A DNA stretch of 64,000 nucleotides, from positions 6,075 through 70,074 of the forward strand of contig JAFGFT010000041.1 in NCBI GenBank assembly GCA_016930935.1, read 5' to 3'. Source of the stretch: Dehalococcoidia bacterium (GTDB taxonomy: Bacteria > Chloroflexota > Dehalococcoidia > GIF9 > AB-539-J10). The position numbers were made by a program, and so were the translations under genes. Under the pieces are notes generated by a model. It searched no databases and was not told where the DNA came from. It worked only from the letters and a program-made list of their open reading frames with translations. This document shows, piece by piece, positions 55,476 to 64,000 of this stretch; position 1 is the stretch's first letter, and the number at the start of each line of letters is the position of its first letter.

Positions 55476-56252
55476 CTACGCCTGACAACTAAGATACATG
55501 CAGATTGCTCCACATGCCGCGACGTTGAGTGATTCGGCCTTTTGCCGGACTGTCGCTACCCTCAACCTGAAATCGGCCAACCTCAAGAGTCTCGAAGAAA
55601 GGCCCGCGCCCTCATTGCCCAGTGCAAGCACAAGATTCTCCCGACCCAGAAGCGCAGTCGGGTCTGACTCACCTTCCAAGTCTGCGGCGACGAGAAAATA
55701 ACCCTGGCGTTTCAACTCGGCTACGTGTTCCAGATAGCAGGGGGTCCTTCTACTCCATAGCGACAACACTGCGCCTGCTGAAGATTGCACGCACTTGGGC
55801 GAAAGTGGATCTGCACAATTGTCCGATAAGAGGATACCCGAATAGTCAAGGGCCGCTGCAGTACGAATCAGCGTGCCGACATTGCCGGGGTCCTGAACGT
55901 CTTCCAACAACAGGACTCTCCCGCCCACATGTTCCGGCAGTTGGTCTGAATATGTGTCCCTCGGCAGTTCGATGACGGCGATGATACCCTGGGGAGTCCG
56001 GATAGAACTGATGGACTCCATCTGTCTTTCCGTGACGATGCGCACTGGATACTCGTCGAGTCGGTGGGGGGGGTCCGTCGTGGAGACGATTTCAAGCACC
56101 GCGTCCGGGCGGTTGACGGCGATTTGAGTAATGGCACGTTCTCCCTCAACAAGAAACGCCCCAGCCTTCATCCTTCCCTTTCGTGTAGCGAGATTCCTGT
56201 ACCGTTTCATCGACTTCGGTGAATCGGCGTTGCTATCTGACCATTGTGACAA
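55476..56252 (-). CDS. TrmH/SpoU family RNA 2'-O-methyltransferase
   Basis: LLEDVQDPGNVGTLIRTAAA, LALGNEGAGLS and ESLNVAACGAICMY are the SpoU motifs. Start uncertain: TTG 56252 has GGAG 5 nt upstream and gives about 258 aa, while the track start is 56375. Confidence 0.8.
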   Translation of the reverse strand: MSQWSDSNADSPKSMKRYRNLATRKGRMKAGAFLVEGERAITQIAVNRPDAVLEIVSTTDPPHRLDEYPVRIVTERQMESISSIRTPQGIIAVIELPRDTYSDQLPEHVGGRVLLLEDVQDPGNVGTLIRTAAALDYSGILLSDNCADPLSPKCVQSSAGAVLSLWSRRTPCYLEHVAELKRQGYFLVAADLEGESDPTALLGRENLVLALGNEGAGLSSRLLRLADFRLRVATVRQKAESLNVAACGAICMYLSCQA

Positions 56253-56461
56253 TGTGACTCCGTCCTCCCTACTGAAGTGCCGCCTTGGCTTTCTAAAACC
56301 TAATTCTACTCCATCCTGTCGTCGGACGTGTTCAACGGATGGCGGAGCGACGCAGTTAGAAGCCATCGTGACCACCGGACCGGTTTGGCGATCAACACAG
56401 ACCTATGCAGCCACGCAGAGCGCAGCAAGCACAACAAGAAACGGGCACAATCGCCGGTCCT

Positions 56462-58006
56462 CTAGAACTTCTTCGGCCAGTTTGCGAGGCGGTGCTGGCT
56501 CATCCCCTTCGTTTCGGTATCTTTGATTATGTCCAGTACACTGATAAGGTATTTGCGAGTATCGTACGGATTGATGACGTCCTGCAGCCAGTAGGAACCC
56601 GCGGCAGGATACGGCGAGTTGTCCATCATCATCTTCTCGACCAGCGCCTTTCTTTCCTCTGCCGGCACGTTCCCGTAGACAACATCGGCGGCAATCAGCG
56701 GGTCCATGAACCCTATCTCCGCCGTAGGCCACGCGACTATGAAATCGTGCCCGCTTCCACAGCTGCACGAGTTAATCATCGCCTGGCCATAGTTCTTGCG
56801 GACGTTGATAGTAATCTTTGGCACAGTCACCTGTAGCAGGCACTGAATCTGGTTCGTAACGCGTGAGCCAACCCGCTTGAGTTCTGCTTCCTTGCCCGTC
56901 ATGTGGCCGGGTGTGTCATTCATGAAGATGAGCGGAATGTTGTAGGAATCGCACAGGCACATGAAGCTCTGCGATTTCTCCAGCGCATCGGTGTCGGTTG
57001 CTCCCACGTTCACCGCCGGGTTGTGAGCATGAATGCCCACGACACGGCCATCTATCCTCGCAAGGCACGTGATGAGCATCGCGCCGAAGGACGGTTTGAG
57101 TTCCATGTACTCGCCGCCGTCCACGATGCATGCGATTATCTTGTGCATGTCATAGACCCTGGTGCTCTTCTCCGGAAGGAAGTCCAGGATGTGCGACATG
57201 CGCTCCTCGGAACCAGGCGGTACGGGCTTCCCCGCAGGTAACTCATTACAGTTATTCGGCATGTAGTCGAGATAAGCCTTTAGAACCTCGAAACAGTGCT
57301 CCTCGTCATCCGCCACCCGATCGGACATACCCGTCTTCGTGGCATGTATCTCCCAACCACCCATCTCCTCTCCGGTATAGACCTGCCCTATGGCCCTGCC
57401 CAGTGCACGGGGACCGGAGACGGATATCGCGCTGCCCTTGACCTGCACGACGAAGTCGGCAACACAGGCCTGAAAGTCAGCGACGCCATAGCATTCGCCC
57501 ATCGCAGCGAAGAGGTATGGATGCTCGCGGAAGTGGCCGAACTCATGAAGAAGCGTAAACGTTCCGCCGCCACTGAGTTCGAACATTTCTCTGGACCCCT
57601 GACAGTCGGGCATCCGGGCGCCGCCGGCTTCACCGAGGTGGATGTATGGAATACGCCACCTGGAGACTTGTTCCTTGAACTGGGTCAGCTTCCGCAGATT
57701 GATTTTTGCGTTCGTCGACGCGAGGACCGTAAAGTCATTCGCGGAAAGGGCTACTCGCCTGCCTCCGATAGTGCCATAGCCCATTATCAAACCATCTGTG
57801 GGTGTCTTTTCCGCCGCTCCGGGCCATTCTGAATGCGCCAGCAACCCGAACTCAAAGAATGAGCCGGCATCCAACAATCTGTCTATGCGTTCCCTGGCAG
57901 TCAGTCTGCCTCGCTCATGCTGCCTCTGAATTTTGGCTGGCCCTCCCTGGGCCAGGGCTTTTTCTTTTCTATCGGAAAGTTCTTGTAGCTTTTCTTCGAA
58001 ACTCAT
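56462..58006 (-). CDS. acyl-CoA carboxylase carboxyltransferase subunit (propionyl-CoA carboxylase beta / methylmalonyl-CoA decarboxylase alpha family)
   Basis: QHERGRLTARERIDRLLDAGSF, GTIGGRRVALSANDFTVLAST and the paired crotonase-like halves. GAGGAG lies upstream of ATG 58006; the track start 58372 is over-extended. Confidence 0.85.
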   Translation of the reverse strand: MSFEEKLQELSDRKEKALAQGGPAKIQRQHERGRLTARERIDRLLDAGSFFEFGLLAHSEWPGAAEKTPTDGLIMGYGTIGGRRVALSANDFTVLASTNAKINLRKLTQFKEQVSRWRIPYIHLGEAGGARMPDCQGSREMFELSGGGTFTLLHEFGHFREHPYLFAAMGECYGVADFQACVADFVVQVKGSAISVSGPRALGRAIGQVYTGEEMGGWEIHATKTGMSDRVADDEEHCFEVLKAYLDYMPNNCNELPAGKPVPPGSEERMSHILDFLPEKSTRVYDMHKIIACIVDGGEYMELKPSFGAMLITCLARIDGRVVGIHAHNPAVNVGATDTDALEKSQSFMCLCDSYNIPLIFMNDTPGHMTGKEAELKRVGSRVTNQIQCLLQVTVPKITINVRKNYGQAMINSCSCGSGHDFIVAWPTAEIGFMDPLIAADVVYGNVPAEERKALVEKMMMDNSPYPAAGSYWLQDVINPYDTRKYLISVLDIIKDTETKGMSQHRLANWPKKF

Positions 58007-58295
58007 TCTTGGACTCCTCTCAGCAGGGTTGTGAGCGACTTGCCGCCACGCATACGTTACAGGTTTCGCCTTGTCTGGCTCAAGCGTCGTATGTGTACAA
58101 TTGCCTTTGCGCACACGCGTCCCGTCCCCAGTGCGCGAAGATGTCAACACACCGTCGTTTGTGCCTGTGGTTTGCAGAAGAACAACACTGCTCACGCGCA
58201 AATGACGCAACACATTGACTAGTCCGGCACGGACAGATGAGAAGCACCGTACTCCAGCGTCACTGCCTGGCATGTCAGACTGAAGCTGGATAGCG

Positions 58296-60743
58296 CTAAT
58301 AGGCTGGTGTGCGGACAGCATCGGCACTATCCTGCCAGAAGGGAAGCCAGCAAAGAGCCAGCAACTGCACATGTATGTCCTTCTTCAGCGGGCGAATAGA
58401 CTTCCGCTCGAAGGGTTCGTTCGTTGAATCGAATTCGGCTGCAAGTTGCTCTTTATCGCTTCCAAAGTCTGCTTCCAGTTGAGCGAGTTTCTCCTTGAGG
58501 GCTTCGAGCGATTCCTTGGCCCTCTCGATATCCTGTTTCTCCTTCCGGCTACGGCTCGCTCCACGAGCTGCCGTCGTCATCCTCCCGATAGATGAGCGTC
58601 CCCCACCCAGGAAAGAGCCCAGAAGGCCCGCACCAAGAGAAATGGCCGTTTGCATCTTCTGTTGTTTCTCCTGGTCTTGCTCTCGCTCCACAGCCTGTTC
58701 CGCCTTCAGAATCCTGTCCTGAAGACTTGACATCCTCTTGTCGTATTTCTCCCGTAATCGTTCAGTCTCCTCATCGCGCTTCTCTCGGCCGAACTGCACA
58801 ACGCGAAGCCGAAAATCTCTCTCCGACTCACCAGGCTTGGAGACCTGCTTCATCTTCGGACTGTAGAGTACCTCCGCAGTCTGGCTACGATACATCCACG
58901 TGGTCGCCTCTCGCTTCCACGCAACGTAGTTCCTGGCGCTACTCGCTGCGGGCGGGACAGCCGCAAACAACGCCCCCGGTATGGGCTCCTTCTCCATCTC
59001 TTCCACAGGTAAGTCCAGTAGGACGGAACGAGACCAGTCCACGGAGAGCGGACCGTCGATAGGCTCCACAATCGAAGTCAGGTCGCGCTCAAGTTGCACG
59101 CCGGACCTGCGGTCCACGAAAACGAGTTGCGCGGCAGCGAGTATCACAGGTTGATACCAAAGCTTCGCAGCTTTCGGCAGTCCCCTGACGGGGGCGAAGT
59201 ACTCGGGGACGGAAGGCGGAAGAACCGGCCTTACCACACCGGTGGATTCTGCGGATCGGGAGAAAGTCGTATGCGACAAGGGAGAACGGGAGTCGACGAC
59301 GCGCTCGAGCGGTTGTTGCGCTCGCAATTCTGATGTCAACCTCTTGATCTGTGTTCGAGTCATTGGTCCACGCAGGTATGACATCGCCCAACGTGACTCG
59401 AATACCTGCGTGGCTTCTTGATGCACATTGTGAAGCAAGAAGATGCGGCTTCCAAGGCCGGAGATAAGTCGTTCCGTATTGGGGCGGCTGAAGCCCGTAC
59501 CTGCCGCCGTGGAGGCACCCTCAAGCCCTTGGATAACCCGCGCTTTGTCTCTCTCGGTCTGCAACCGGCCGATAAACCACGTCCCCGTATTGGCAAGACC
59601 CTTGTAGTCCAGATCAACCGGATTCTGTGTACTCAGCACTACCCCGAGGCCATGGGCGCGCGCTTGTTTGAGGAGCGTGAGTAGAGGCTTCTTGGATGGC
59701 GGATTCTCTACAGGGGGAAAGAAACCGTAGATTTCGTCCATGTATAGAATCGCCCGCAGGCTGGTGGTACCCGACTGGGATCTGACCCACCCGACTATCT
59801 CATTCAGGAGCAGCGAGACGAAGAACATACGCTCCGCTTCGCTGAGGTGGGCAATTGAGACTATGGCCATTCGCGGTTTTCCGGCTGGCGTATAGAGCAT
59901 GCTGCCAATGTCGAGCGGCTGGCCCTCCTGCCACTGCCTGAATCCAGGAGCTGCCAGCAGGTTGTTGAGGGCGATGGCCAGGCTGAATCTATCCTTTGCA
60001 GGAAAGAAAGACTCAAGGTTCATTACACCGATATGTTCCATGGGCGGAGACTGAATCTGCTGGATCAGAGAACTCATGTCCATGGTCTGGCCCTCCTGCC
60101 AGGACCGCATCAGCAGGTGACTGAGCAGGATATGTTCCCGACTTCTCACAGGGTCAGCCATGATTCCCATAAGCGCGAGCAGGCTTGTGACTGTAGTCCC
60201 GACGCGGTCGCCAAGCAGTTCAGCGTCATCGATAACCGCCTGCGCAGGCGCCTCGAAGGATTTCAAGACAGATACAGGGACACCGGCAGTACTCCCGGGT
60301 GTGTACACAACGCAGTCAGTTGACTCTCGAAGCCGTCTAATGCGGGCACCGTCCTGCCCCCACTTGGCAAGCCCGTTGGTCCACAGTTCGGATTGCGTCT
60401 TCGCAAACTCGGTGGTTGACAGACCTTTGCGGCGCGCGTCATCTTCATTCACCCACGGAAGGAAATCGTCGGGGCCCAGTTCTGGAAAAGTCAGCATGAG
60501 ATTAGGCATGTCGCCCTTCGGGTCAATGACTATTGCGGGAATACCGTCAATCGCCGCTTCTTCCAGAAGGTCTATGCACAGACCTGTCTTGCCGCTCCCT
60601 GTCATTCCCACGCACACTGCATGCGTGGTGAGGTCCTTGGATTTGTATAGGAGGAGCCCGTCCGTCGGTTGTCTCTTCACTACGTCGTATTCGCGCCCGA
60701 GGTAGAAAACACCGAGTTTCTCGAAGTCAGGTAGCTGCTCCAT
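58296..60743 (-). CDS. HerA/FtsK-superfamily P-loop ATPase (DUF87/DUF853-like) with a long C-terminal extension
   Basis: 815 aa. Walker A VGMTGSGKTG at about aa 46. Walker B LRAILYMDEIYGFFPP. VVLSTQNPVDLDYKG. The C-terminal ~340 aa contain a beta-rich part, coiled coils and a Gly-rich hydrophobic segment (ISLGAGLLGSFLGGGRSS). GGAGG lies 9 nt before ATG 60743. Confidence 0.8.
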   Translation of the reverse strand: MEQLPDFEKLGVFYLGREYDVVKRQPTDGLLLYKSKDLTTHAVCVGMTGSGKTGLCIDLLEEAAIDGIPAIVIDPKGDMPNLMLTFPELGPDDFLPWVNEDDARRKGLSTTEFAKTQSELWTNGLAKWGQDGARIRRLRESTDCVVYTPGSTAGVPVSVLKSFEAPAQAVIDDAELLGDRVGTTVTSLLALMGIMADPVRSREHILLSHLLMRSWQEGQTMDMSSLIQQIQSPPMEHIGVMNLESFFPAKDRFSLAIALNNLLAAPGFRQWQEGQPLDIGSMLYTPAGKPRMAIVSIAHLSEAERMFFVSLLLNEIVGWVRSQSGTTSLRAILYMDEIYGFFPPVENPPSKKPLLTLLKQARAHGLGVVLSTQNPVDLDYKGLANTGTWFIGRLQTERDKARVIQGLEGASTAAGTGFSRPNTERLISGLGSRIFLLHNVHQEATQVFESRWAMSYLRGPMTRTQIKRLTSELRAQQPLERVVDSRSPLSHTTFSRSAESTGVVRPVLPPSVPEYFAPVRGLPKAAKLWYQPVILAAAQLVFVDRRSGVQLERDLTSIVEPIDGPLSVDWSRSVLLDLPVEEMEKEPIPGALFAAVPPAASSARNYVAWKREATTWMYRSQTAEVLYSPKMKQVSKPGESERDFRLRVVQFGREKRDEETERLREKYDKRMSSLQDRILKAEQAVEREQDQEKQQKMQTAISLGAGLLGSFLGGGRSSIGRMTTAARGASRSRKEKQDIERAKESLEALKEKLAQLEADFGSDKEQLAAEFDSTNEPFERKSIRPLKKDIHVQLLALCWLPFWQDSADAVRTPAY

Positions 60744-60980
60744 GATTCTATCCTCCCGTCTCAGGTCAGTGCCGTACTAACCCTATATCACGATACCCGA
60801 AACGTCTGGCACATGCCACTGCCTGCTGGCTATCGTCTGAACCATCTGTATGCGTACCAAGTATTGGAGCCTGGCCTTGATACATTCGCACGCTCCAATA
60901 GCAGTGGATTTGCAGGCCCACAAGAATCTCAACGAGACGCGCACTACGCACAGGCCGACCAGGCCGAGATACGTAGCGGT

Positions 60981-61028
60981 TGTCAGAAGACACAAACGGC
61001 CCCAACTAGTAATCGCGTCGGGGCCGTT
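60981..61028 (-). terminator. terminator after the Yip1-family gene
   Basis: The minus-strand RNA is AACGGCCCC-(16 nt)-GGGGCCGUU followed by UGUGUCUUCUG. Confidence 0.45.
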
Positions 61029-61070
61029 CCATATCAGGTCAATCAGTAGTGCTGTTCGTATCCGTGAGAT

Positions 61071-61622
61071 TTACATCGGCAGAGGTACGGTGCCAATGCC
61101 AAGCAGGCCCAGGACTATCATCAGGGCCATGTAGACCAGCCAACCGATGACGACCGTGACAACGGCACGTCCGGTGGAGAAGTCGAGGGCAGCGCGCACG
61201 CCGATGATGCCCGCAATCAATATCCACACCCACGCGACAATAGATATGATCCAGCCGACACCAGGGATGAACGCGAGTAACCTGAAGATACCGGGTGAAT
61301 TGGCGAAACCTATCGTCCGCATCACTTCCCCCCAGTCCGACTGCGTCCGCTTGCCCTTCATGATCTTCGCACCGATGATGTACACGACCAGTGCCCACAG
61401 CAGCCAGCCCACCAGTGCCAGCACAAGCGTCCACACCGCTGCCAACAGGCCTCCTGACGTCAACGTCGACAGACCAGCGCCAATTGCCGTTGCGATGGCG
61501 ACAATGACGATTACAAGTCCTGCTTGAACGTTTGCCGACTTGTCGGCCTCAACCTCCTCATAGAGCGCCGACTGCAGTTTGATTGCCCTCCACATTCGGC
61601 TTACCAATCCACCAGACGCCAT
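61071..61622 (-). CDS. Yip1-domain membrane protein
   Basis: The N-terminus RMWRAIKLQSALYEEVEADKSANVQAGLVIVIV is followed by 5 TM. GGAGGTG lies upstream of ATG 61622. Confidence 0.7.
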   Translation of the reverse strand: MASGGLVSRMWRAIKLQSALYEEVEADKSANVQAGLVIVIVAIATAIGAGLSTLTSGGLLAAVWTLVLALVGWLLWALVVYIIGAKIMKGKRTQSDWGEVMRTIGFANSPGIFRLLAFIPGVGWIISIVAWVWILIAGIIGVRAALDFSTGRAVVTVVIGWLVYMALMIVLGLLGIGTVPLPM

Positions 61623-62147
61623 GGTCACACCTCCTACAACAAGATGTTTTCGATAGTACATCTGGAGACTATGGCACACAAGATGAATTCACTCGTACGT
61701 TCACTGGTTTGAAGGTGGCTGCTGGTTCATTGTGGCATCGACGGCCTCACCGCATCAGGTCTTGCGACAAGGCACTCTCCCCTTCGTGTGAGACTACCCC
61801 AGTCTCCCAACCTTCTGGACTGCCTTCGAGATTGACGCCTATTGCGCGGTCCGTCGAAAGATCACCATGGTTGGACTTTCACATGAGCTGCATCGACACG
61901 GTGTCATTCATTGACGATGGATAGTGGCAGATATTCCGAACACGTACCTTTCTACCGAAGGCCAGGCCGCACCATGGTGCCACAATATGGCATTCCTTGA
62001 CCGCGAGTTTGCCCGGGGAATCCCCGCGCATATGGCAACACTCCGCGATGTGACGCCCCTATTTCCACACTATCCCAGCATCTTTCAGTACAGCTCAAGG
62101 CACCAGCACAGCTTCTTCTCCCGCACGAGGTGTGCTACATTTGACCC

Positions 62148-62993
62148 GTGACCGTTCGCATTGTGACTGATAGCACGTGTGACCTCTCGCCTGCGGTGGT
62201 GAAGGAACTCGGCATAACTGTTGTCCCCCTCCACGTGTACTTCGGCCATGAGGAATTCGAAGACGGAGTAACCATTTCGACGGACGATTTCTACGACAGG
62301 CTCACGGCTCATGGAGCCCATCTCCCGAGGACTTCCGCTCCTTCTTCAGGCACATTCAAGACCACGTATGAGGCACTTGCAGCCGAGACTGACCAGATAG
62401 CCTCCATCCATGTGTCTGCGCAATTGAGTGCGACCTACAACTCCGCGCTGGTCGCCATGGAAAGCACGACCACACCATACCGTCTGGAAGTTATCGATAG
62501 CACGAACGTGTCTCTCGGACTTGGACTGCTTGTGGTGGAGGCGGCGCGTATGGCAAGAAACGGCGCTGGTCTCGACGACATCAGAGCGATGATCCAGTCT
62601 GAGGCACCACGCACCCGTCTCTTTGGGGCGCTGGGCACCCTTGAGTATCTTCACAGGGGTGGTCGAATCGGAAGAACCGCCGCCTTTCTTGGCTCAATGC
62701 TGCATGTGAAGCCCATCATTTGTCTCAAGGACGGGGCCGCACATCCAATCGAGCGCGTCCGCGGTCGGTCACGCGCAATCCAGAGGATGTGTCAGCTCAT
62801 TCTCGACCACGCGCCGATTTCCCGCCTTGTTGTCGGACATACCACAGATGAGGCTGGCATGGAATCGTTGGCTGCATTTATCTCAGAACGCTTCCCTGAC
62901 CTCCAGATTCAGAGGGCGCGCTGCGGGCCCACCCTTGGTACATACTTTGGGCCGGGCGCCTTCGGTGTGGCCCTTGTTAGAGCAACCGACTAG
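62148..62993 (+). CDS. DegV family fatty-acid-binding protein
   Basis: VRIVTDSTCDLSPAVVKELGITVVPLHVYFGHEEFEDGV is the canonical DegV N-terminus. GTG start. Confidence 0.9.
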   Translation: MTVRIVTDSTCDLSPAVVKELGITVVPLHVYFGHEEFEDGVTISTDDFYDRLTAHGAHLPRTSAPSSGTFKTTYEALAAETDQIASIHVSAQLSATYNSALVAMESTTTPYRLEVIDSTNVSLGLGLLVVEAARMARNGAGLDDIRAMIQSEAPRTRLFGALGTLEYLHRGGRIGRTAAFLGSMLHVKPIICLKDGAAHPIERVRGRSRAIQRMCQLILDHAPISRLVVGHTTDEAGMESLAAFISERFPDLQIQRARCGPTLGTYFGPGAFGVALVRATD

Positions 62994-63128
62994 TTTGCTT
63001 CGCCGAGAACTACACCTTCCAGACTGCATTGCCGATGGTCGCATCGCTCAGTATGAAGCCGGGCGCTTTTACAGGAAGTACGGGCGCCAGATACAATGCC
63101 AGCAGTCAGAGCGTAGGAGTATAAACAC

Positions 63129-63908
63129 ATGGACCTTACACGCTTCAATGAAAGCCTCTCAACCTATGTGCGACCGATAACGTCTCCGGTGGCAATCAAG
63201 ATGGTAGCCAAAGAGGCTGAGATTCCTGAGAAAGCTCGGATGCCGAAACGTGATTTCGGCGTTACCATGCCCGTCTGCCAGGGTCTCGCGCTGGCACGCC
63301 GACACGGGATGATTGTGGCAATGGGAAAGGAAGACATGCTGTGCCCCCTTGGAGCTGTGGCGATGGGGTTCTACCCTCCGAAGACCAAGTTCATGGATGC
63401 AACCTTCGGAATCCCCTTCTGGGTGCGGACGCAGAAGGATGCCGCGAATTTGCTGGATGGTATGGCTCGATTTGATGAAGGACGATACAGCGCCATTGTG
63501 GCCGCCCCTATTGGACGTGCGGCCTTTGACCCTGATGTCCTCATTGTCTACGGAAACCCCGCTCAAATGACGAGGCTCGTCCAAGCGGCGGTATATGTGA
63601 CTGGCGAGGCCATCGTGTCCAGGAGTACCGGTGGTCTCGCATGCGCTGAGCAGACTGCCCACGCCATGCAGACCAGCCAGTTCCAGTTCGTTCTGGCAGG
63701 TGGGGGCGACAGGGCTCTCGCATTAACACAAGACGACGAAACGTCCTTTGCGGTGCCCGTAGCCCTCGCCGATGCGTTGTCAGACGCACTCCAAGCAACT
63801 CACAAGCAAGGAGCCAGGTATCCGACCAGATCGTATCTGACGTATGGAGCGACCATGCCCCGGAACTTCGGGCAGTTGATGGAATACCTGCAGGAAGACG
63901 AGGAATAA
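63129..63908 (+). CDS. DUF169 domain protein
   Basis: VAIKMV...MPVCQGLALARRHGMIVAMGKEDMLCPLG...LIVYGNPAQMTRLVQA is the typical DUF169 pattern. Confidence 0.75.
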   Translation: MDLTRFNESLSTYVRPITSPVAIKMVAKEAEIPEKARMPKRDFGVTMPVCQGLALARRHGMIVAMGKEDMLCPLGAVAMGFYPPKTKFMDATFGIPFWVRTQKDAANLLDGMARFDEGRYSAIVAAPIGRAAFDPDVLIVYGNPAQMTRLVQAAVYVTGEAIVSRSTGGLACAEQTAHAMQTSQFQFVLAGGGDRALALTQDDETSFAVPVALADALSDALQATHKQGARYPTRSYLTYGATMPRNFGQLMEYLQEDEE

Positions 63909-64000
63909 GGTCTACGAATGGGCCTTTCTGCGACTGGCTGATGAACAGAGGGTCAGCATCTACGCAGGATAGAAAGCGAAGGTGACGTATCCCTCACCAT

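Noticed and set aside
1-64000. I looked for rRNA, tRNA, tmRNA, CRISPR arrays, IS elements or transposases, integrases, prophage blocks, and known defence-system gene pairs.
   Set aside because: None was seen. There are no regularly spaced direct repeats, no transposase or integrase motifs, and no cloverleaf candidates in intergenic regions. The only phage-related item is the isolated Imm-family gene.

Overview
This 64 kb segment looks chromosomal and comes from a GC-rich bacterium. Shine-Dalgarno sites are strong (GGAGG) and several exported proteins carry lipobox signal peptides. The gene content includes many flavodoxin and Fe-S flavoproteins plus DUF3795, DUF169, DUF1330, DegV, a TRAP transporter and a serpin. 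My impression is an anaerobic or facultative Chloroflexota-like organism, but I cannot test that here. I support about 57 protein-coding genes. Housekeeping and metabolic genes are serC, tkt, rlmN, clpB, arsC, a type I-beta DAHP synthase, a probably PPi-dependent phosphofructokinase, an acyl-CoA carboxyltransferase and a TrmH-family methyltransferase. Transporters are three MFS, an ABC-2 system, SMR, LysE and TRAP. The rest are small redox and stress proteins. I saw no rRNA, tRNA, CRISPR array, transposase or integrase. There are at least three decayed gene relics: a 3-hydroxyacyl-CoA dehydrogenase, a flavodoxin and a MerR N-terminus. Many ORF-track entries are N-terminally over-extended, so I moved starts to the first start codon with a Shine-Dalgarno site and a family-typical N-terminus. 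Three observations stand out. (1) A candidate leader-peptide transcription attenuator lies in front of the DAHP synthase gene. It has an aromatic-rich 27-codon mini-ORF, mutually exclusive antiterminator and terminator pairings, and its own TTGACA-N17-TACACT promoter. (2) A translationally coupled, uncharacterised operon encodes a radical SAM enzyme, a membrane protein, an ATC-hydrolase-like protein and a GMC oxidoreductase (an alpha/beta hydrolase gene follows after a 69 nt gap), next to a flavoprotein and a flavodoxin relic. (3) A stand-alone 815 aa HerA/FtsK-like P-loop ATPase has an unusual C-terminal module. All calls come from reading the sequence and motifs by eye; no searches or folding programs were run.
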